From the NCBI GenBank assembly GCA_040357565.1, contig JBDODJ010000008.1: a DNA stretch of 64,000 nt. One strand, 5' to 3'. Of this stretch, positions 31,685 through 44,180 are shown in pieces. The DNA is from Cercozoa sp. M6MM. Its lineage: Eukaryota > Protista > Endomyxa: Ascetosporea. The first letter of the stretch is position 1; the number at the start of each line of letters is the position of its first letter. The notes under the pieces were generated by a model. The model saw only the letters and a program-made list of their open reading frames with translations, was not told the DNA's origin and did no database searches. Made by a program: the position numbers and the translations under genes.

Positions 31685-34600
31685 TAAACCGCAACTAGAG
31701 AAACAAAATCAACAGAAAAAATTGAAACAACAGCAACAACAACAGCAGCAGCAGCAGCAGCAACAACAAAAACAACAACGGCCACCACCTCAACGAAGTG
31801 CGCCAGTGTCACAAAATTCGAAAACGCCGCTGGGGTCAGAGAGAAGTCGTTCTAAGAGTGCTCCACCCAAAGTAACCAAAGACTCGCCCTTCTTGCGCAA
31901 CACTTTGAGGTACCCCTTACTCCTTTACTTTAGGTACCTCCCTTTACCCCTCACCCGCATTCCTCTTGTAGAAGACAGGGCAGTCGTCAAATGCGACTGC
32001 AGTTCACTGTCAGAGTATGCTCATGCATGAGGAGTACACTAGTAAAAGGATAGTGCATGTTTCTGGTTACACGCAGGAACGAACAGAGGAAGAGATGACG
32101 CGTTGCTTGCAGCCAGTGCCGCCAGGTCTTTTTTTGCTTCTGTTTTCTGTTCCTGTCTGTGACACCATTTTGCCGGCAGAAAAGTCAAAAGAGCAAAGGT
32201 CACGGTGGTTCGCTGCTTGCGCCGAATACAACCCTGTAGTGTTTTGTGTCCGCGTGGGTGCTGCATGGTCAGACTTTGTTTTCTTTAGGATCGCCCCCGC
32301 CTGTGTGCCGACACGGCACCAGTGTTCGTGTATCCCAACCAACGACAAGTGAGTTCTCCACATTTTTCGTTGGTTTATCTGTCCCTTGGTACTTTTGTTA
32401 AACTCTCCTGACCGTGCTTGAGTAGGTGCGCGAGTATCAGTTGAAAGCAGCCTGGCGATGCATCTTTGACAACACACTTGTGCGTTGTTGTGATATCTGT
32501 ACCCTCCCCTTGCTGTGTAGTGGCTGGTAGAGTAGGTGTCCTTGCCGACGGGTGCCGGCAAAACCTTTGTGCACTCTGATCTAATTTCCTTCCTGCTCCC
32601 TTCCCCTCTACGCTTTACGCGTTGCGTCTTTACCTCCTGCAGGTGGCAGCAGTTGCAATGTTGAACTACTACCGCTGGTTCCCAAACGAGCAGGTTCTCT
32701 TCGTCGCACCAACCCGTCCTCTCGTACGCCAACAGGTGAGACCTTTACCGCTTCATTACTCGCCACCTTTAATCACCTCCTACACTGCCTGCGGTGTAAT
32801 AAGGTTGACGAGTGCTGCCGATCGGGCGGAATTAAGCTCGCTGATGCCGCCGTTCTTACCGTGCCTTCCTGTATTCTATTTGTCCCATTCGTCTCCGTTA
32901 TCTGACCTGCCTGCAGGGCGCCGTATCCAAGGAGAAGCGACGACGCTACTGGCGCGAGAAGCGTGTGATCTTTGCCACTCCGCAAACACTCAAGAATGGT
33001 AGATTTGTTCAGTCTATCTGCATATGTATTATGTATACCTTTGTCCTGCATAAAATAGACATAGAGAGCGGCCTTTGTGTCTTGAAAAAAGTTGTTTTGT
33101 TGGTTGTGGACGAAGCGCATCGATCAACCGGAAATTACGCCTCGGTTCTGGTGGCAAGCGACCTGGCAGAGTAAAAATTCTCACTTATTTCCTCTTAAAT
33201 ATTCCCCTATCTACCCGATTACTCATGTACCGCCTACCGAATTAATCAATTTTCCCGATTCACTCTGTTTTGCAGGCACAGTAGGATCATCGGATTAAGT
33301 GCAACTCCAGGTACGACACTTGAGAAGGTGCAGGAAGTCATGAACAACCTGCACATCGGTAGGTACGTTGCGTCTGCGCATTAATACTGCTTTGCCCTTT
33401 TCCTGTACTCTATTTACCCTTAAATGTACCTGTCCACCAGATTGGAGTACTTTTCCGACGAGTCCGTAGAGCGCTACATGCATAAGCGACACTTGGTCGA
33501 GGTTTGCTACCTTTACTCCTTGCTGCTTTTACCCCCTTGCAGCCTTAAATGTGCTCATAGCACGAGATCGAAAGGAGCACGACTCAGTCGCAGATTCATG
33601 AAATGATTATCAAAATGGTACTCTTTAATACGTTATGTTACCTTTGTTGCACCCTACGTCCCGTACAGTTGCAACCGCGAATCCAAAAGCTCCAACTCAT
33701 CTTTGTGCACGCTTCGTACTACCCGTTTACCCATTTACCCATCACCCCTTGCCCAATTTACCAAACTACTCGCTACCCTTCTGTTCTCTTTGACATAGAT
33801 TGAAAGCAGAGACGACTAAGTTGTTTGTGATCGTGAAACTTTGGTACTACGCTTTTACCCTTAACTGCATTACTCTGCTCCTTTACGTTTTGCCCCCAGG
33901 GACACTTTGCGGTCGGAAAAGTACCCAGACAACCCGTAGGTTTCACCTTTCTCATATTGAGCACTCTTTTGTGTGTCATGAAACAACAAACTTTCAGACC
34001 GATCTCGCGCGGTAACGTGCAGCGGCTGCTCTACGAGACACAGCTTCTCGTAAATGCTCGGGTAGTCCTCACCGTCCTCGCTATTGCCCACTGTTCCTCG
34101 CTTTACTCTTCCGTGTCATGTGTGTGCCACAGGAGAAACTGGACAAGTATGGCATTTCGGCCGTGAAAGCACTGTTCGAAAAGCAAGTCTTTGGGTGGGT
34201 TTACACCCATTCCCTTTTCCCCGAACAAATGTGTCTGTGCGCAGAGAAAAGGCAACGCGCGGGCAATTGCGCAAGGACCGCGAGATGCAGCGCATCTGCA
34301 GTAGCCTCGAGGTTTGCTCCTCCGTTGCTCCGCTGGTACCGCTCTTACCCCTGCCCCACAGGCCCTGGAGGAGACAGACGGCAAGCAGCGCAAGCTGTGC
34401 CAGATCGTTCGCGAGCACTTCAAGCGACTGCCGGGTGCGTCTCTACTTTTACACCCTTTTGTTTTCCCTGTTTTCTCCGTATCCACCCACCTCTTTTTCT
34501 GTTTTACTCTTCTATAGACTCCAAGTGCATGGTGTTCGCCAATGAGCGACAAGTGTAACGCCTCATCCCTTTAACTTCTTTTGCCCCTTTAACGTTGGTC

Positions 34601-37600
34601 TTGCTTGTATTGCAGTGTCGCACGACTCGCGGAGGCTCTTTGTGCCATGTATACCATATATACGCATCGCATCAAAGATGGTGGATGTGTATGCTTTTTA
34701 AATGTCTCGACGATAGCGACGGCGTCAAGGCGTCAAAGTTTGTCGGTCAAGCTTCTTCAACTGAGGGGTGCTGGCTTCTTTCAACCTTCTTTTACCCCTC
34801 TATCACCCCAGTTACCTGTGTTGCTCATCACCCCTGTTATATCTTTTTACATCTGCTGTACCTTATCTTGCATTCTCGTGTGTGCAGTCAAGGCCAAAAG
34901 CAGAAACAGCAGCAAAAAATTGTCCGTGACTTCCGCGAGGGCCGTTTGAACTGTCTAGTGAGTCTGCTTGCCCATGAGATCACATGTCTGGGCAATTGAG
35001 CACCAAGTGACATGTAGCTAGACGACCGGTGTTATGTGACTGTTTCGATCTATGAGTAGGTGGCCACATCTATCGGCGAGGAAGGCCTTGACGTCGGCGA
35101 GTGCGATCTTGTCGTCAACTACGACGTACCTTAACTCAATTGTTCATCTCCTCTTAACTAATCCCTTCGCCTCCTTTCTTTCCTTCTTTCACTCTGTACG
35201 CCTCTAACGCCCAGATACCCAACGGCGCGATTCGTATGATCCAGCGAGCTGGTCGCACGGGTCGCAAACGCGACGGTCACGTGGTACACTTCAATCACGT
35301 TACCGGACCTTTGTCTCATTACTTTTTTCCCCCGTTGTGTTTTTGCTGTATTGCTGCAGGTGACGCTTTTAAGCGCCTCAGAGAAACAGTCATGGCAGCG
35401 ACTTCATCGTGATTGGAAGTACTTGTTTTTCTGTATCAGCTGCCCTGTTACAGACCCGTGCTGCAGCGCCTTTCAGCAGAAGATTCGCCTTCTCAGTGAA
35501 CGATCGCGTTGCAACTCGTTCTCGACCAGTGCGCAAGTAAATCCCCGCTCCCTGTATCTCTCTGTACGGTTATCTGTGCTATCTGTGACCCATGCAGTTA
35601 CTTCCGCGCGGACTGTGTCCGAGCATCGAATTTCGTCGTGCGCAGAGTTGTTTCGGTCACATTGACGGTGCCGACACGCTAGGTACACTTTTGCTACCTT
35701 TTCGCCTCTTGTTTTGTACTCGTTGTCTCTTCTTTTGTTCCCTTTGCAAAGAGGAGCATTACGAAGCACTTGACGGACCTCGCAAGCGGCCAGTGTAGTT
35801 TTGACCTCCATGCTCCCTTTCCCCATAGTTATGTTATGTGGATATGTTTGTGTGCAGGGAACGAGCGGGTGCTTTCAACATGTCGAACTTCGAGAGGGAA
35901 CTCCTCGAGCAGTGGATGGTGTGGCTTCTTCGTTTACCTCCTATCCCCTGGCATAAATATAAATTACTTTAGCCCAAGAAGGAGGACATCCCGCAACTCG
36001 ACTTCTCGAATGCTATCCTACTGGATGCGCCTCTAGCATTGGTCGCTACATCTGTCTCAGTGCCTACCTGTCTGTTACCATGTGTGTGTATGACTTCTGT
36101 ATGTGTGCTCGCAGAGACTGTTCGGGCGTAGATTGTCGCGTGCTGGTCAGCTGTGGGTGCAGTTGACGCACCAAGCGCCGCGCGTCGACCCGCCGGTGGT
36201 CACTGCACGACGGCTTGATCGCACGTGCGACGGTTCGCTGCTGTCCGAGTCGACCGGCACCTCAATCATCAACCTGTGCGACGACACAAATCACCAAAGT
36301 CGCTCTGCGCTGGCACACAACAACAATGATGGCAGCAACAATGACAGCAGTAACAACGACAATGACGCGAGTGAGCCCAATTTCGGTATGTTTGTCTCGT
36401 CCGCGCGTAAAAGACGCCGTTTACAGCATCCGCAGCCCGTAGATGTGTTTGATTTGACAGGTATCCTATCTGTGTGTGTCTATTTTGTCGTATGCCATTG
36501 TATGACTCAGACGAACTGTCTCACGAGAGTGCGGATCCGATGATCGACCACGACGTCAATGTTTGCTGCGACCTCGAGGAAGCCGACTTGCAGATTCCAA
36601 GCATCAAGACGCCAAGTATCGACATGCCAAGCATCGACATGCCAAGCATCGACATGCCAAGCATCGACATGCCAAGTATCGACATGCCAAGTATCGACAT
36701 GCCAAGTATCAAAGACATGCCCGATGAAGATAGCGGTAGCAATGACACTGACAATGAGATCATGGCCATGCTGGCTCCTGCCACTCCCAACAGTCGTGCT
36801 ACAGATGTTGCTGTTGGAAATGATGCGACTGGTCGCGATGTCTTCGTCTTCAACTCAACCGTGTCGTTGTCAGGTGCCTTCCCAAGCTACCTGTCCCGTG
36901 CAAGAGAAGACAAAGAAACAACTCACAAGAACACTGACGCAGTCGATGACACAGTCAGTGACATGGATGGTGTCTTCAGTGACAATGACATGCACGCGTT
37001 GAACGCTCACAGTGATGGAAGACGGTCGTCTGCACAACCCGAGTCAACACTACCTGGGCCAAGAAAAGGTGAACCAGGACGAGCTGACGCAGTTGACGGT
37101 CCGGTTATCAAAGACGACCGCTGGCGTATGCCTGAGATCGTTCTGCCGAGCCAGTTGCCGTTCGAACTGGCCGACGAGGAAGCCTCCAACCAATCAAATC
37201 ACTCCGTCAATGTCGGTGTCAGCACGCAAGCCTCGCAACTGCCCGCGCTGTATATCAATCCCAACAGCAACAGTCACCAGCAGCAACATCTTCCCAACCC
37301 GAACAGTACAGAACACATTATTGACTCCGACACGCTAAGCGTGCTCGTGTCCTCTCGCTCGGCTGTCCTGTTTGGCACTGTCATTGCCTTGCTGCGGCGC
37401 AACTTTAACATAACGTCCTCCTCACTGCCTTCCTTTGTACGTTTCGAGGCGTGACCGAGTGCTTCTCTTTATCTTCACACTTGTGTAGGGAAGTGTCGAC
37501 ATCGTGGTATCTACCGAACAGGCATGCATTCGAATCGCTCAGAAACATCTCGTCGACGGAACATTTCGTACCATTTGCATTCTGGATACTTCAGATGAAA

Positions 37601-38552
37601 GAAATTTGGTTGGATAGGTGAGACCTTGCGACAACGAGTCGAAATGGCCACGAAGCGTTTTTCAGTTGTATTTTTTGCGTTGGGAGGGCAATGGGGTGGG
37701 GAGGGGAGAAACGACGTGTGTGCTAGGTGTGGCTGCTCGTATTGGCGAACTCAAAGAACGCGGCTCTTCCGCCAGCGGCTGCGTACATTTCCTACTTTCT
37801 GTCGCACACACACACACACGCACACACACACACACACGCACACACACGCGCACCTGCCCTTTCAGGATCGACTTGCCCAAGTCGAAACGACTGGATCGCA
37901 TTCTTGCGCGCGTTGTACTGTCACTTTGTGTCATCGCTATGTGTGCTCCTTTCACAACCCAATCCTATTAGGTTAAAAGTAAAGACAGTGTTCGCAGTGT
38001 CTTTGTCTACAACCAGGACTCCGTACCTTGTTACTAATACAGTCACAGTACCATCGGCGAATACATTGTGTGTGTGTGTGCATCAGTGTGCCAAGACACT
38101 TGCATCCATCACGCGTACCGCTCAGCGTGAGAAAAGGTCGCGTATCCTCATGCCGCGTCTGTTCGTCGATCGGCCTCGCCACTCGTATCTCATGTAACCT
38201 GTGGATTGGTGCTAATGCACTGGGTGTGTGCGAAGACTCCTGCAGGTGGCGGCGTTGTTGCCTCCTCCGATGAACATTGCTGTGGCTCTGCGTTTGCTGC
38301 GACGCCTCAAGTTCTCGTTGCGTGACGTATGTCGTTTGCTTATACTTGCGCTGACTGTTCTATCTGCAATTCCGCCACCACAGGTGTTTGCGTACTCGCC
38401 TGAGGCTCTTATACAAAGGTATACGTTGTTTCGCTCACGACTCGAACTCTTCAACAGGGTTTATGCTTAGAGAATCGTCTCTGACGTTGGATATGGTGTG
38501 TTCGTTACGTCAATTTCTGCTGCGCGGACAAGCAAGTCTCGTCACCTATTAA
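31256..38552 (+). CDS. FANCM: FANCM/Mph1-family DEAH helicase with degenerate C-terminal ERCC4/HhH-like region, many exons
   Basis: [93 protein letters not shown]...GQKQKQQQKIVRDFREG, VATSIGEEGLDVGECDLVVNYD, IRMIQRAGRTGRKRDG. The start codon is uncertain. Confidence 0.92.
31606..31780 (+). repeat. CAG/CAA polyglutamine tracts in the FANCM N-terminus
   Basis: QQKQQELEQQQQQQRQQQQQQQQQQH...QQQQQQQQQQQQQQKQQ in frame. Confidence 0.9.
36597..36720 (+). repeat. Coding 15-bp minisatellite (CCAAGYATCGACATG) encoding (PSIDM)x6 within FANCM
   Basis: PSIKT-(PSIDM)6-PSIKDM in ORF 36474-37454. Confidence 0.9.
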
Positions 38553-38773
38553 AACACACACAGACAAACATAGAGATTTAGGCCACCACCAAACGGTGGT
38601 GACCTTGGCTATATCGCAGCTGGCTTTCTCCTCCCATACCACTCTCGTGAGACATGCAAGTGCTCAAAGTTGCCGTCTTAAAAATGCTCGATCGACGAGA
38701 GTACAGCTAAAACGCGATCAGTTTGACTCAATCCGAGACCCGAAGTATTTCGACGACTGTGTAGGCATTTTAG

Positions 38774-41700
38774 ATGCTCGCGTGGACGCTGAGTGCTCTT
38801 GTGGGCACGGCCGCTTCTCAAGTCCAATGGCGAGCTGTGTAATTAATTTTGTGTTTTTCTTTGGTTTTGTTGTTGTAGACTTCTCTTCCCAGAACACACG
38901 CATTCGCGGAGGAAGTGCCGACCTTCGCTCGTCAACTTGACGCGTTTGCTGCCCATCTGCGCACAGAGGAGGTAGCCCAAATATCTCTTCTGTTGAAGTG
39001 CAAAGAGTATACGATAAGTAGAAAACCGAGTTCACTCCGCATCTGAGTGTTTTGCGACGTGACTGGGTCGACTGCAGGCTGCATGAGTGCTTCGCTTCTA
39101 TCCTTCTTTGCATTGGCACTCTGTCATTGATACCTTGGTAGTTGTGAGGCGGAATGTCACGACGCCTATTGCGTCATTGCGGCCGACCAAGACGGCCGGG
39201 GCGCTGCATTGTATACCCTTCAACATGCTTTTCCCTGTGCCCTCTTGTGTATGTTGTGTCTGACTTTCAGGGTGTTAGAGCACGCACGCCAATTGTATCC
39301 CAGCTAAATGCGTCCTCTTTGTCCCCGTACCCTATGTTACCTTTCTCCCCAGGTGCATTCACAAGGCAAACGAAGGGCAATGGTTCGAATACGCACGCCG
39401 TTTCTCAAAACATTGCTCTAAGAGTACCTTTGTTCCCCGATGTTATCTTTCCTGATATACCTCGGAACAGCTACGGATCTGGGTCGCTGCTCGCTTGAGC
39501 TGATCGACGACATTGGTGGTGCTGACCTTTTGGTCCGCGTGGACGCATGCATGCGTGATCTGGACGGCGTGTTCGACGAGCAACTCCAACAACACGCGGT
39601 TCTCGGTCTGCCCACTGACAAGGTGCTCACCAACGTTGTCGGTATCAACGATGACCTCTTTTACAAGGTAGCGTTCATGCCTTCTTTCACTTATCCCCAT
39701 GTCACCCTTTTTTCCGAAATTTCCTGTTTCCTTTCAGACCACGCTGACATGCGACGATGGCGAAATCGATCGTACGCGCTGTGGCGTCGTTCGGGCTGTA
39801 TGGGCTTCTTGCCTCCGACAGCCCGAGCTTATATCTTTGTGTATTCCTTCCCCTGTGCAGGTTTGTGAACCCTTCCGCGAGTGGGATCTTCCGCGCGGAT
39901 GCTTGCGCAAGTGCAGCGAGAAGCTGTTCCCGTTGCCACGCAAGATCACCTGTCAGGATGACTACGCCGGCATGCGTACGTTTATCAACCTTAGCCGTTG
40001 TATCTCATTAATCCTCCTTCCTCAACAGTGGAAGGGAGTGGTGCCGTTGTTGCCTTCAAGAAGGACGTCAAGTTCGTCTTTAGGAGTGCTCAGACTTTCT
40101 TCATTTTGCCCTTTATCCTTGCCCCATTCTCATCTTAGTTTATCGCCTTGTTTTCTTGTCGGTAGACGGACAGAACCAATTGATTGAAAAGGCACGAAAG
40201 CGCATGCTAGACCTTATGTTGTGAGTTTACCGCCGTGTCTCTTACCCCTTTGTAACTGTCCTCTTTGTCCCATGGTAGCGATGACGACGCTGACGACGAT
40301 AATGTCGAACTTGAATCGGGCGCTACGCTGATTAACGAGGTAGTTTTCCCATGTTCAAAGTGTCATCATGTGGACGTGGACTTGCCTTTTGAGAAAACAG
40401 ATCGTGGTGCACATGGGAAGCCTCAACTCGGAACTCACTGCTAACGTCAACGAACGTGCCGCTTCATGTTCACACCCTGCTGTACCCTTTACATCTGTAC
40501 TTGCGGGCCCTCGATAGGCTACAGCATCGTGGTGCGCGGTGACTCGGAACTCGTGATGAAGTGCGAGGCCACTTTTGGCTGCGTGCACGCTTTCATGACG
40601 CTGTCGCAGATGACGGGCGATGACAATGTCGGGTAGCTTTACCCTTTTTGTCTCCTATCTCGGCACCGTTTGTCTGTCATCCCCACCGCTCTTATCCTTT
40701 ACAGGTACGCCTACGTTCGAAACGGTCCGTGGCACATCGAGGACTGGCCGCGTTTCCCTCATCGCGGTTTTATGTTCGACACCAGTCGGCACTACTTTGA
40801 TGGTATACCCTTTCTTCTCTTTGACTTTGATTGCATGCGTTGTCAAGCCTTTATCTTCCCTCTTATTCCGGATAGTGTCACTTATTCTGCGCAACATTGA
40901 TGCGCTGGCGTGGACGCGCATGGTGACTTCGCCTCTTTTAACACCCTGTCCTTTAACCTCTTGCTCGATAGAACGTGCTGCACTGGCACATCACAGATTC
41001 ACAAACCTTCCCTCTTGTGGTGCTTGACATTTACCGCTCTGTTGCCTGACCCTGACCATATGGCCTCGACTCAGATCCCTGGCGTCGAACACCTGGCTCT
41101 CAACAGTTCCTACCCGAAGGAAAAGCGCTCAGAGTCGTCGCATGCCAAGCTGGTTGATTCACCCCGTGTGCTTTTTGTTAGCCCCTTACCCCTGCCTTAT
41201 CAGGCGCTGTACACGCTGGACGACGTCAAGCGCGTGATTCAGTACGGTTACGAACGCGGCGTGCGCGTCTTGCCAGAGATCGACACTCCCGGCCACTCCT
41301 AGTACAAATGTCTGTGTTTTGTGAAGAGAATCGAGATAGCTGGCTGGCTGTGCAGTTCCTGGGGTCTCGGAAAGCCCGGTATCACGGTGTGTGGCAACCA
41401 GCAGGTGTGTTTTTCTATACGTCTTTGCCCCCCTATACGTCTTGTCTTTATCCTAACGTGCTTCCTGTAGCCTTGGTGGGACTACTGCGCCGGCCCCCCT
41501 GTATCCCTGTTCCATTACCATTCCTTGTCGTGTCCTGCCTGCTTGGATGCGTGCTGCCTGCAGTGCGGACAACTGGACCCGACGAGCGATGTTATGTGGA
41601 ACACCCTGGAAACAGTGCTGACTGAACTGACGGCCGCCTTTGGCGACGATTATTTCCACGCCGGTTTTGACGAGGTCAACTTTCGTTGCTGGGACACTGC

Positions 41701-42799
41701 GCCGCACATCAAGGACTACATGCGTGACAAGGGCATGGTGTGTCTCTGTCTTCTCATGTCACTGCAGGTTGCTTTTTACCTGTCCTGCTTTTCCCAGACT
41801 GACTACCACGAGTTGTACCAAGAGTTCACCGACCGTCAGCACGAGTTCTTGCGTGGCAGAAACAAGCGCGTGATGGTGTGGTACGTATGAGCATTTCCTG
41901 GCACCAGCTGCCACCCTTACCCTCGTTGCCCCTGCGCAGGGAGGAGCCCTTCGCTGAGGACATTGCACTGGGCAAGGACGTCGTCGTTCAGGTTTGGCGC
42001 TCGCACGACATCTTGCGCGATATCGTGCGTGCTGGCCATGAGGTAAACGCAAACGATATCCAAAATTTACATGTTTAAACAGCCGGTTTTTCAACTTTTG
42101 CCCTTGTTAGGCCGTGTATTCGAATGCCGACGCCATGTACCTCGACTGCGGTCAATCTTCTTATGTCAACGGGTACATTTCTCCCTGCCTTTGTGTTGGT
42201 ACGCTAACTCAAGATAACAGTCAAAAGAGCTGGTGCGATCCGTACAAGAGCTGGCAGACCATCTATTCGGTACCTCCACCCTTGTATTTTCGATCTTGCC
42301 AGCACACGCCCTTCTTCAGCACGAGCCGGTTCCGGAGCGTCTGGGCCTAAGCCCGGAGGAGGAGAAACGTGTGTTGGGAGGTGAGACCTGCATGTGGACG
42401 GGCCAGACCGATCGCAGCAACGTCATGTCCAAGGTAGCAGCGACACGTTGTTTTAGTATCATCTGGTATCGAGCACAGGTGTGGCCTCGTACTGCTGCCT
42501 GGGGTGAACGCGCTTGGGTACATGTCCGCTTTCCTACCCTCCTGGTCAATTATCATCGTGTTACTTTCATAGGCACCGCGCACGCTGGACGACTGGTCGC
42601 ACGCACAGTCGCGTTTGCTCGAGCACCGCGAGCGCCTATTCCATCGCGGGTACTTCTTTGCCGCTGTGGCTTCTCTGCACGAGGATTAGGTGTTGTGGCG
42701 TTGTTAAACAGAGTGGACGCGACGCCCATGCAACCTGGCTGGTGTTTTCTGCGCAAAGACGGCTGCTCCAACCCAGATGGCGGCAACCCGCCCGTGTAA
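38774..42799 (+). CDS. Secreted/lysosomal beta-N-acetylhexosaminidase (GH20) fused to an N-terminal vacuolar-sorting-receptor-like thioredoxin domain
   Basis: Signal-like [16 protein letters not shown]; N-terminal Cys-rich domain ([53 protein letters not shown]...PRGC); GH20 part [56 protein letters not shown], catalytic [53 protein letters not shown]. Confidence 0.88.
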
Positions 42800-42879
42800 C
42801 GCGATAGTTGTTGCCTATCGTAGCGACGCCTGGACCTCTCGATCGACCATCCGTCGCGTCCACGCCTCAACATGCTCTC

Positions 42880-43268
42880 AATTAGATAGTTCAGTGTTAC
42901 GGTATCGTATGAAACCGAAACTCAGGTATTGAAGACGACTAAATAAAGGAAGTGTTAACGTCAGCTAGAAATACGTCGAAGGGGAGGATTATAAGACACA
43001 CCCTTGGTAGAAAAGGTCGCCGAAGCTTGGAGGCTTGTAGGTTGAACCAGCCCAAGCACTGCAGTCAAAGTGCGTGAGCTGTAGAAAGCTCGACCCAAGC
43101 TAGGAAGTCAGGTCTGCGCAACACTTGACAATGCAAGGTAGAAGCCTCAGGATGTAATACAGGAGATACCTAGCAAAACAAATCCTTCACTATTCACCAT
43201 ACTGGTTCAGATTTGATCGTCCGCGCTGACGAGTAGTCAGATGACAACTTGCTCGAGAAACGCTATGC
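42880..43268 (-). mobile_element. Dispersed repeat (copy 2 of the 19877-20320 family), with a degenerate (ACTA)-type tail at its left end
   Basis: Shares the long identical blocks with 19877-20320 and starts with TTAGATAGTTCAGTG...GAAACC, resembling the tail of the short repeat family. Confidence 0.7.
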
Positions 43269-43708
43269 CGTAACAAAAGCCTAGGTCGGTGTGTAGAAAG
43301 CGGCGTGTTACCGCAGAGTAGGTCAGGATACCAGCGAACACACGTCAAAATCTTCCACACCTCTCTTGAGGATTTTTGTAAGTTGTAGGGTTGCTTCCGC
43401 GCGGATACAGTAGCTCATGCTGTAACACATGCGGCACAGTTAGTAGTTCTCCTCACAATGGCCGTGTCTACCGCCCGCTTAGGGTAGGACCGACTTTACA
43501 ACTCCCCTTTTGCCGCTCTTCCGTAGCCCTAAGTGTTTCCGCAGTCTGACACCGTACCAATGCCGCTAGCACACTTTGGATAACACTTAGCGCCACACAG
43601 ACAAAGGAGAGCCTCATGAACATTTTAACTATTATTACTGTACAGAATCTATAGTACAGTGTTACCGCAGCCTTTCAGAAATTGAGGCTTTGGTAGTGCA
43701 AAAGAGTA

Positions 43709-44060
43709 CTATGCCAGGAAAAAGACCCAAGATAGGGTCGGCAAAGTACAGGAAGTAGACTGGTCGGGAAGGATGAGAGGCCCGGTAGTCAGAAGAAGGA
43801 AGGAAGGAGAAGGAGGGACGTAAAGGAGAAAAAGAAAGGCTCTCTGTGCTGGGAAGACAGCAACAGGGATTACGTGAGAGTGCAAGGACTGGAGCCTGGA
43901 GAGGTGCTTTACCTGGTGAGTAGAGAGCCTTTTCAGGAAAAGAGCAAAATCTTGCTCTTTCGAGGTCAGTCTACCAAACACAGGGTAAGGAGGTTAGCAA
44001 CACTCTCGGAGAGGTCAGGATACCAGACAAACACAATACACCACACTTCTCAAAGTGCTT
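43709..44060 (-). pseudogene. Possible decayed LINE APE-endonuclease fragment
   Basis: Intron-free, purine-skewed segment; minus-strand translation ...VIPVAVFPAQRAFLFLLYVPPS...PLIL weakly resembles the YxPP...(plil)GDFN region of APE domains. It is adjacent to the dispersed repeat. Weak. Confidence 0.3.
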
Positions 44061-44180
44061 AATGAATAGCTTTCTTCCGCGCGGAGCACCAGAACTCAGA
44101 CAGATCTGACTGGCCGGATGGAAAATACCGTTTCGTAACAACAGTTCGTAGTATAACGCGACGTCACAGAACCTTGGACC

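Noticed and set aside
43225-43275. Hammerhead-ribozyme-like CTGACGA...GAAAC in the dispersed repeat (also ~20276-20320)
   Set aside because: Stem II is not directly followed by GAAA (extra bases intervene) and I found no stem I partner after the putative cleavage triplet.
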